From positions 267,743 through 300,464 of the forward strand of contig NW_005434653.1 in NCBI RefSeq assembly GCF_000315625.1: a stretch of 32,722 bases of DNA, read 5' to 3'. Both the position numbers and the translations under genes were made by a program. The stretch's first letter is position 1. Every line of letters begins with the position of its first letter. This DNA comes from Guillardia theta CCMP2712. Its lineage: Eukaryota > Protista > Cryptophyta. Below are positions 21,101 through 31,231 of the stretch, in pieces. The notes under the pieces are model-generated. The model searched no databases, had not been told where the DNA came from, and saw nothing but the letters and a program-made list of their open reading frames with translations.

Positions 21101-24100
21101 CGAGTGGCAGATGCAGCTGCGGTACTCCATGAGGAACGCGTCCAAGGACGAGCACCTGGCCTGTCGGCTGCAGATCGGGAGTGCGAGCCTCGACTATGGC
21201 AACGAGCTGGTCTCCCCGAGAGAAGCGTTCTACATCGCTCCTCCCACTCTCAGAGCCTTCTTCGGCATCATATCCGCCATCTACAGTAAGATGATCGTCG
21301 GGTTTCCTCAGAGGAAGGGGATAGGAAAGAAGGAGACGGTCTTGCAGCTCGCTGCTGCCTCGGGCTACACAGCGCAGGTTTGGAACTGCACACAGGACAC
21401 GCAAGTAGACTCGTTGTTTCCCCCCATCGTCTGCGCGTTCGCCACGGGGTCATGGCTGATCTATGAGAATTTTGAGAGTCTGAACGTCAACGTCAAGTAC
21501 AGCTTCCTTGCAAGCCTGAGCTCAGCAGTGTTGGCAGCGATAGCTGGACAGGACGCGAAGATATCAAGGATTCCCATCCGGTTCAAGCACCCCACGGGTA
21601 TATTTCTCTGCTTCGACTTTAGCCCTTCAGCCTACTCCCTCCCGAGCAGCATGAAGCCGATCCTCCGGTCGGTTGCGATCATCAAGCCGGACCTGCGCAC
21701 GCTGATACAAACCTTACTGCTGTCTGAAGGGTTTCAAAGTCACGACAAGCTGTCTCTGACCATCGTCAAGTACTGCCAGCTCTGTGCGCTGCTGATCCCC
21801 TCCTTGCCGCGCGAGGCTCTCAACGCGCGGTTCTTCAAGTCTCTCATCAAGCATTTCGTCGCCATCCTGCAGGCAGACCCGGTGAACAACAGCGAGGAGA
21901 TGATCATCGAGGAGGCGATTTTCCGGGCCCTCCGAGCCTTCGTCGACAACGAGTCCTTGGACCTCTTGCGTGCGGTCCATCGGCACGTCTTCACAGACGC
22001 TGAGCTGCTGCAGTTCCCGAAGCGTATCGACGACTTCACTGCTCACGTCAGCGAGAGCGACGACAACATGTCAACGTCTGCTCTCCGCAAGGTGAACGCG
22101 TTCAAGGCCGCCCTTGAAGTCGGCCGCATCCTCCACGTGTTTGGAGACCAGGGGACAGGCAAGTCGTTTGTGTGGAGAAGTGCGGCCAACCACATCCGAT
22201 CGACGGGGAGGAGAGTGCTATACCAGGGCCTTGACCCCAACATTACCAATCTCTCGCTTCCTGCGAGCTGCGGGTCAAACAGCAAGTTCTTTGACGTCGT
22301 CTTCAATCTCACCACCATGAGGCAGAGGGACAGAGTCTCGGAGGTAGAGAAGTGGCTTGTGCTGGACGGCATCATCTGCCCTGACTGGGTGTCCAACATC
22401 TGGTACACGTCGGAGGACATTGAGGTCAACAAGATCATCATTGAGACTAGCAGGCTGGACCATCACGCGCCCTCCATGCTCGCCAGCTCCGGCCTCATCT
22501 TCATAGACGAGGACACCTGCCCTCTCACTCACCTCCTCGAGCGATGGATCGACGGCCTGCCCCGTGACAACGTCAGGTCCGAGTTCCAGACTCTCTTCCA
22601 CACGCGGATCCCTCATCTCCTGCACCTCAAGGGACTGGACGTGAAACTGACCTACTCTCTCCCCCTCACCTTCCGCACCTGCTTCCTGACCTTCCTCCGT
22701 CTCATGGACAGCCTCGTGCGGGTGGAAGACTGGACGGCCAAGAGCGCAGTGGGCAAGAAGTGCTCCATCATCTTTGACTTCTCGGCAGCCTGGGGGTTTG
22801 GAGGAGCCCTGGTGGCCGACGGGTTCTCAGACAACAAGCGCGTCTTTCATGACTGGTGGCTGTCAAACATGCGAACGTTCGGGGGCAGCGAGATCGACTT
22901 CTCGGGAACGATCTTCGACTACACCTTCCACCCCGAGACGCTGGAGGTCATGTCGTGGAACGACCTGGTGCCGAGCACCAAGTTTGTAAGCGAGCTGGAT
23001 ACCCGAAGTATCATTATCTCCTCTCCCACTCAGATTGCCATCAACCGGTTGTTGTCGCTGCAGCTGACGTCCACCATCCACTTCCTGCTGGTGGGAGGAG
23101 GAGGAGTCGGCAAGAGCTCCATGGTCAGAGAGTTCCTGACGACTGTCTCCAACGACTGCTCCTGCTCTAGCATCTACTTGAACCGGGGGACCGACCACAG
23201 ACACCTGCAAGCTCAGCTGCAGAATCGGCTGAGCCAGAAGAAAGGCAACGTGCTGTGCCCTGCAGAAGGAAAGAAGGCAGTCTTCTTCATCGACGGCATC
23301 TCACATGTCAAGACACGAAAGAACTACCTGAACAGCGTTGTCTCGTTCCTCCACCAAGTGTCTGAGTACCGCACCTTCCTCGACGAAAGCGCACAGTCCA
23401 TGAACGAGATCGTCAACGTCCAGTACCTGGTCACCAAGACAGGCAGCCTGTCCATGAACAAAGACGACCACCAGCTCTTGACCAAGTTCGTCTGCATCTC
23501 GATCCCCTCCCCCACGTTCGAGACCGTCTACTCTATCTTCGTCTCCCTCATCTCCTCTCTCACCCAAGACTTCCTCGAGCCCGTTCAGAAGATCGTTGAG
23601 CCCTTGGGGAAGGCCCTGGCAGAGATCCACGGAAACCTGGTACAGACGTTCTGCAACTTCAAGTATCCCAACTACTGCCACTACTCCCTACACGACGTCT
23701 GCTCCTTCATCTCCGCGTTGTCGAGGGCTACCCCGGAGATCTACGACAAGCCTTCGCTGTACGTGAGCCTTTGGACGCAGGAGTTTGCCCTTGCGTACGG
23801 GGAGAGGCTGTCGAACAAGAAAGACAAGTACATCCTGCACGCTCTCATCAAGGAAGGGCTCGCAAAGTACCTGGAGTGCGAGAACAACGACGTCCAAGAC
23901 TTTGAGTCCATGCTTCACTTCAACGACATGGACAGCGGGACCATCTCACCCTGCAACCTTCCTCGTGACCACTGGAGAGCAGAGTTCGAGAAGAGGCTCT
24001 CGGAGTACAACTCCGTGTTCCCCAAGATCGATCTGCTCCTCTTCGACGAGTTTGTTGATCACCTGCTCAAGGTTCTGCACGCCATGAAGAAGTCGGACGG

Positions 24101-27100
24101 CCACATCGTCCTCTTCGGAGAGCACGGGTCGGGCAAGAGGAGCCTAGCCAAGCTCGCGGCGTTCTCGTTGGGGAAGGAGATCTCGATCCCGGACAAGTCA
24201 GGTGCTGTGAGCAGGAGGTTGCAAGGGAAGGGACTGACCGACATGTCAGGTGCTGTCTCTGACTTCCAGCAGGAGTTTCATCGGCAGCTGTTGAAGTCCT
24301 GGATCACCAACAAGGATGTAGCCATCATCGTCGACGACCAGTTGTCCGATAGAGACTACGCTGAGATCGAGCAGTTCATACAAGGGTCCTACGACTACAA
24401 CGACGAATGGCTCAAAGAAATCGTCAACGAGGACGCGCTGGAGAACGAGCAGCTGCTCAACGCTGTCGACTTCGGCTCGCTCAACAAGAAGGAGTCTCAG
24501 GCGTCAGTAGCGGTCAGACCAGCTGCTGACGTCAGAGACAACGTGCAGTTCCTCTTCTGCCTGTCCGTCGGGGGGCTGGAGGACCTCGCTCGCCACTTTC
24601 CCATCATTCCCCACAGCTCGTACCTCAAGTACCTGGGAGCCTGGAGCCAGGAGTCTCTAAATGAGATCTCGGAGAAGAAGGCGCTGGCGGTGCGAAACTC
24701 GAGCTACGGGGCCTTCTTGTCCTCGGAGTACTCGCTGGTCCAGTTCAGCCTGTTCGCTTTCTCCAGGGCGTCCCGAATGGCTCAGAGCAAGAGAAACAAG
24801 CTCACCAACTTCCCCCCCTTCTACTTCGTTGAGTTCCTGGACTTCTTCAATCGTATCTTGTCGGCTGAGAGCGAACGGCGGGAGAAGGAGAGGTCGGCTC
24901 TGATCAAAATCCTCTCCAATGTGGAAGAGCTGAATGCCAAGATTGACCAGCTGAACAGAGATCAGGAGAAGAAGAAGGAGGAGCTCGCCCAGCAAGAGAG
25001 CTCCGTCGAGAAGCTGATCGTTGAGCTGGGAAAGATCTCGGGGAACCTGGAGCATCACAAGAAGCAGTTCGACGAGACGGTAGACAAGATCAGGCAGAAG
25101 GAGCTTGTCATCTCAATGTCAAAAGCTGACATGGAGGAATCTCAGTCGCTCATGCAATCGTCCATGAACTTCGTGGCAGACTCCGTGAGGAGTCTCGACA
25201 AGAAGAAGCTGTCGGAGATCCGTTGGGTCTCCTCGCCCTCCCAGGCGACAGAGAAGGTCCTGGCGTGCTGCGTGATAGTTCTGAGTCAGAAAGGTGTGCA
25301 TGCATGCTCGTGAAGCAGTCCCTGACTTGTTTGCTCGCAGATCGCGATGGCTGGTGGGATGTGAGCTGGAACAAGTCGAGGAAGATCGTCGATCAGGATC
25401 AGTTTGTCTCGGTTCTTGCCGACTTGTCCCTTAACAAACTCACTCCGGACGTCATGCAAGCGCTTCGAGTCCACGTAGAGGAGAAGGAGAATATCAGCAG
25501 AACTCTTGCTGAGCTGCCTGAGCCCGAGACTCATCTGGTGGGGGTGTGGCAGTGGGTGTGCATGTTGTACGAGTACAAGCAGGTGTTCGACACCAGCATC
25601 GCTCCCAAGATCGCCACCTACCAGTCGGCCACCCTCGACAAGGAGCAGCTGGACAGGACAAGAGCTGAGAACGAGGAGCTGATCGCGACGCTCAAGGTCG
25701 AGCTCGCCTCGGTGTCGGAGCGCTACGAGAACCTGACGATTCAGATCTCGGAGCTCAGCAGGGACATCGAGGCGAACGCAGTGGTGCAGAGAAGCTGCGG
25801 GCAGTTCCTGTCAGACTTGAGCAACCAGGTGAGCCACTGGAAGACAAGGCATGCCAACATCGAGAGCGGCATGAAGACCTGCGTCGGCCAGTGCCTCCTC
25901 GCCAGCGCCATGGTGACGTACACGGGGCTGCTGAGCGAGAAGCAGCGGCATCAGTACCTGGAGGTGGAGTGCAAGGAGAAGATGAGGCTGGTGAGCATCA
26001 GGTTCGAGGAGGAGAAGTCGGCCATGGAGACGCTGGTACAGCCGTCGGAGTACGAGAAGTACTTCATGGAGGGATGGGCGGGGATGAACTGCGACAGCGT
26101 GTACCCCTGGGCCCTTGAGAACATGTGCATCGCTGACAAGTGCGTGCGATTTCCCGTGCTGATCGACCCAGACCTCTTGTGCCTGCCATGGCTGGCGAGC
26201 ATGGAGCGAGATGGGAAGGGAGTGCTGATCAGAGACGTGGAGTTTGTGAAGAAGACCCAAGGGATCAAGCTGTGCGTCGCGTCGGGACAGACGTTGATGA
26301 TCAAGTCGAACGAGGCAAGTCTAGACAGGTCGCTGAGGAAGATACTGCTCAAGAACACAATCAAGAAGGGCAAGACAACCTTCTTGGACGCGGGCTTCGA
26401 GTGGGTCGAGTACAACCCCTCCTTCCAGCTTGTCTTCACCACTACCGCCCATGACTTTGACGTGTCGAGCGCCGTGCACGCGAACTGCATCAGCTTCGAG
26501 GCCGGGGAGGAGCACATCACGCAGCTGCTGCTGGAGGAGGAGCTGCTGATCCGAGACGAGTCGAGCTTCCACGAGTTCAAGCAGACCTCCTACTCCTCCA
26601 TCTCCTGTCTGAGCGAGTACACCAACCTCGAGCGAGCCATCATGCACCAGACTGAGTTCCTGGACGCGTTCCTGCTCTCCGACGGGCAGCCAGTCTTGAG
26701 TGCCAGGAACGAGTACCTGAGGCTTGACAGGATGAAGAAACGAACGGTGGAGGTGGAGGAGGGGATGACGCGAGTGAAGAACAAGCTCAGGTCACACCTG
26801 CAGTCTATCCGCCTCATCGCCTCCATCTGGCTGCTCATCAAAAGGTTCCAAGACCTGGACTCAAGCTATCAGTTCTCGTTGAACCTCTTCCTCCGCGTCA
26901 TCAAGGTCTTCCTGACGGTCAAGACAGGTGACGACGTGTACAAGGAGAGGAAGATCCTGCTGGACAACATCGTCTACTACCTCCTTCCCGGCCTCCACCA
27001 GGACCACCGGCTTCACTTCCTCCTCAGCTTCTACTTCATGACCGAGATCGCTAACGGAGGGCTCTCTCGAGACTTCTGCAGTCGCTACATCTTCAACCCA

Positions 27101-29143
27101 CAAACCGAGGAGGACGGCAACGAATGCTTGATCGACTTGAGCCTCGGCAAGCTCGCGGAATTTGCCATGCAGCAGCAGCAGGAATGCTCCTGCTTGCTGC
27201 AAGACATGAAGGAGGGCGAGAAGAAGTTGATGGAACAGGCGACAAATTGTGCGGACGTCCATCAGCACATCATGTCGTCTCTTGTGGACGAAGACGTCAC
27301 ATCCAGCGAGCACTTGAACAATTTCTTCAAGCGGCACCTTGAAGCCTCCCTGGTCCTGGAGGCCAAGGACAGCAGGCAAGCCCAGCAGCCCCTCCTTGTC
27401 TCCTTCCTCTGCAACTCACCCGAGGAAGTCGACGATTTTATCTACATGTACAGGATCGTCGAGCTGGGAAAGCAGCTCAAGAAGCAGCTCATCCCCTTGA
27501 GCACAACATCTGACGGGTTTTCAAAGTCCCTCCAAGAGTCGCTGCGACGAGGAGACTGGATCCTTGTAAGGGACCTCCACCTGGATCAACAGATCCAGCA
27601 TCAGTTCTGCGACTACATCCTCGACCTCTACTCCTCCTCCTCCTCCTCCTCCTCCTCCTCCTCCTCCTGCTCCGTCGTGTTTGTCGAGCTGCTGCAAGTG
27701 ACCTCGAAGCTCCACTTGATCCTACGCAACTCCATTAAGGTCCGAGACTTCTATCAGCCCCAGGGCATACGAGCCAGGTACGGCAGGTACGACCAGGTCC
27801 TACTGGAGGACGGCAGCACAGCTCAGCGCTCTCAAGCTAGGCTCGTCAACTTGCTACACTCTGTCCTGGTTGCGTTCCAGGGGCTGATGAGGAGGAGCGA
27901 GTCCGGCTCCATGAGCTCGAGCAGGGTCGGGGTCGAGGATCTCGAGTCTGCACTTGTCCTCCTCGAGTCAGGGAGCAGGCAGCCGCCCATGGAGAGGGTG
28001 GCGGACTTGATTTACGGCCACAAGCTGGACTCCAGCTCGTCTCAGGCTCTCCAAGGGTTATGGGAAATGATCTTGTCTTGCCAGAGGAGCGGCGAGGGAG
28101 AAGATGGAGGGCAGGCGGCGGCGGAGCAGCAGCAGCTGGAAAGTTACCTGGACAGGTTGGCGGAGAGGTTGGAGGAGAGCCTGTTCGGGCAGATGGAGGG
28201 GAGCTTGCAGGAGGTTGAGGGGACGGAGGAGCTGTGGAGAGCAGCTGGAGGGTTCAGGGACATGGTGGTGGAGAAGGTAGCGGGGATCAAGGATGTGGTC
28301 TCCCTGGCCACCATCGACCATGACAACCTGGTGGGGGAGATGACGTACGCGGGGACCGACAGGATGCTGCTGCTGCACGCCATAGCGACCGAGTGTGCGA
28401 TCCTCAACGCGCTGAGAAGTGAGATGGCGAGGAACTTTGACATCCTCGACAAGGTGATCATGCGCAGCGGCCTCCTGTCCACGTCAGCAGCTGAGAACGC
28501 GCTGAGGCTCGCAGAGGAGCTGCTGCGGGACCGAGTCCCGGCGCACTGGGTCCGCTCCTCCTTCCCCTCCAGCCAGTCGCTCGGCCCGTGGCTTCTGAAC
28601 CTCAACGAGAGGATGGAGCAGTGCAAGCGATGGGCGCAGAAGCCTCCCGAGCTCCTCGAGCGCCTGAGCATGCACGTTCTGTGCCGCCCTGCGACCTTCA
28701 TAGGAGCCCTCGCCATCACCCGCAACCTCAAGGTGTGGAAGGAGGACAAGGTCGTGCTGCAGTGCCGAGTAGCAGACGAGGATGATGATGATGATGATGA
28801 TGAGGAGGAGGACAAGGAGGAGCAGCAGCAGAACAAGGAGGAGCAGGAAGAGGAGCAGGAGGAGGAGCAGGAGTACATCGAGATCGACGGTCTCGAGCTA
28901 GACGTGCTGGGATGGGACGAAGGGTTCAGCCTTGGGAGCGAGGAGAAACAGCTTCCCCCCCTCGTCCTGAGCGCTTGGCAGGAGGATGTACCCCCCTCCG
29001 ACGTGCTCCTCCCTGTCTTCCAGGGCCTTCGCGACCCCTGGGGCCCCATGTGCTTCCTAAGCCTGAAGAGAAGATGGCGGCCGAAGGACACGATCCTACG
29101 GTCGGTTCTAGCACTAGCCTCTGTGCATACAGAGAGTGCGTGA
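15125..29143 (+). CDS. Dynein heavy chain, axonemal outer-arm-like architecture, highly divergent
   Basis: Tail (PLPSMEIAFW...QL; EARSNCKFL), linker (KELEVEKLL...W; KRLNCPRLFILSDD), AAA1 (FEWQMQLRY, YGNE, GKKETV, GSW, KPDL), AAA2 GDQGTGKS, AAA3 GGGGVGKS, AAA4 GEHGSGKR, coiled-coil stalk and MTBD (LDKKKLSEIR...SWNKSRK), AAA5 (RFPVLIDP, VEYNPSFQL, YQFSL), C-terminal RVPAHW...SLGPWLLNLNERMEQ. Introns: 15301-15349, 15961-16005, 16147-16190, 16232-16384, 17171-17219, 19014-19059, 20674-20735, 24202-24249, 25294-25340. Further 5' exons may exist in 14730-15120. Confidence 0.95.
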
Positions 29144-29330
29144 GGAGGAGGGAGGGAGTTGAAGGAGAGGAGGAGGAGGAGGAGGAGGAGGAGGAGGAGG
29201 ATGAGAAGGAGGAGATGATGATAACAAGGACAAGGAAGAGGATGATGATGAAGATGAGAACTATGATGGCATGAACGAGATGGTGTTTGTTGTTGTCTTG
29301 TTGTCAACTGCAGGAATGAAGAGAAGCAAC

Positions 29331-31184
29331 TCAAGTTGTAGCTCGAAACTCTTCTATCACTCTTCTCAGCGAGTCCAGCGCAGGCCCTTCTGGTGGCTGC
29401 GGCAACATTAGAGGAGACAGGAGGAGAGAAGCAGGAGGAGAGGAGCAGGAGGAGAGGAGCAGGAGGAGAGGACAACAGCAGTACAAGAAGACGGAAGCGA
29501 GGAGGAGTATGGATAGCACGAGGAGGAGGAAATATGTTGAGAAGCCCGACGAGGATGAGGAAGACGAGGAGAAGGAGAGAGGAAGGAGAAGACAGAGGGA
29601 GAGGAAGGGGAAGGGGGGGGGGGGGGGAGAAGACCGAAGGACAGGAGAGAGAAGGAACCTGAGAGAGGGTTAAGTTTAGCTCGAAAGTGTCGATCAGTTG
29701 TCTCGCTCTGCTCGCCCCTTCGTTCCTCGCCGAGCTCGAACCTCCTTGACCTCCCAGCTCTTCCCCCCTGTACCAGATATCACAACTCCTCCTCCTCCTC
29801 CTCCTNNNNNNNNNNNNNNNNNNNNNNNNNNNNNNNNNNNNNNNNNNNNNNNNNNNNNNNNNNNNNNNNNNNNNNNNNNNNNNNNNNNNNNNNNNNNNNN
29901 NNNNNAACGCGAAACGCAACGAAAAAACAGAGGCTACTGCTCCTCCTCCTCATCCTCCCCTCGTCTACTTCGGATCCCACTTACCATCCTTCATCCTCGT
30001 GTGCTTCCTATTGCACTCACCGCATAAGCGAGCTGTACAAGCCCTGCCGCATTCTGAGCTCGTTCGGCTCCCCCCACTCTGTTCGTGCAATCAGAAAATT
30101 TTAGTAGGGTAAGGAAGAGGAGAGGAGAGAAGAGAAGAGAGGAGAGGAGATGACGCAGGAGCAGGAGCAGGAGCAGGAGCACGAGAGGAGAGGAGAGGAG
30201 AGGGGAGGAGAGGGGAGGAGAGGAGAGGGGAGGAGAGGAGAGGGGAGGAGAGGAGAGGGGGAAACAGGATTGGAAAGCATACAGTCGGGGGAGCGAGGAA
30301 GGGAAGAGGACGAGACTAGCCGTGTGAGGGGATGATGAAGGGACGACGAAATGTCAACTACCTTCGATCCTTCCATGCACGAGAACGCCGACCTTGTTGG
30401 CCGCCTGACCCCAGAGGAGAGGAGAGGAGGAGGTAGAGATAACCTGCAAGGTCGTCATGGAATGCTGAGAGAAAAGGAGGAGAGGGAGGAGGACGATGGT
30501 GTAGAGGGAATGGGGGGAAGGGAGGAATAGACAAGAAACTGACCGTCTTCCCCGGAATAATCTCTTGCAGAATCTCGTAGAGCTGAGAACAAGATCAATG
30601 CCTCTGCTGCAGAGGAGGGAGGAGGGAGGAGCGAGGAGGAGGGCGATGAGAGCAAAGGAGGAGGAGGAGAGGAGGGAAGGGTAAGTAGCAAAGAACCTCT
30701 GCGCGAGAAGATTCTGGCAGAGAGGAGCCAAAGTCGTCGATCAGCCAGATGGAGCAATCCTTTGCAACAGCTCTGAAATGCACAGATGTCACAAGGACTT
30801 CAACATCTTCTTCCTTGGCCTCTTCGCTACCGAGTCCTCCTATCCTCATTCTTCCTCCTCATCTTCAAGTTCCTTGTGTGCCTTGTCCCCGTATCACGGG
30901 TCCCTGCCCCTTGCCCCTTGCCCCTCTCCTCCTCCTCCTCCTCCTCCTCCTCCTTCTCCCTTCCATGCTTTGCTTCCTTCCAATCTCACTCTTCTCACCG
31001 AGCAATCGCGATCTTGTGCTGCATCATTTGCGAGAGCTGCACGTCTCTCCTCCTCCTCTCGCCCTTCTCTTCGCTGCTCTCCACCAGTGTGTCGTACGCG
31101 TCCGGTAGTCTGAGAATCGGCTGGTGCAACTTCGCGACTTTGGCCGCCTGAGGATCATTATCATCATCATCGTCATCATCATCG

Positions 31185-31231
<47 letters not shown>

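Noticed and set aside
15125-29143. Dynein as a fragmented pseudogene or several genes
   Set aside because: Every ORF break is bridged by a phase-compatible GT-AG intron.
28144-29919. 591-aa minus-strand ORF and other antisense ORFs over the dynein
   Set aside because: Antisense shadows of a GC3-rich coding strand plus low-complexity sequence. The long one also spans an N gap.
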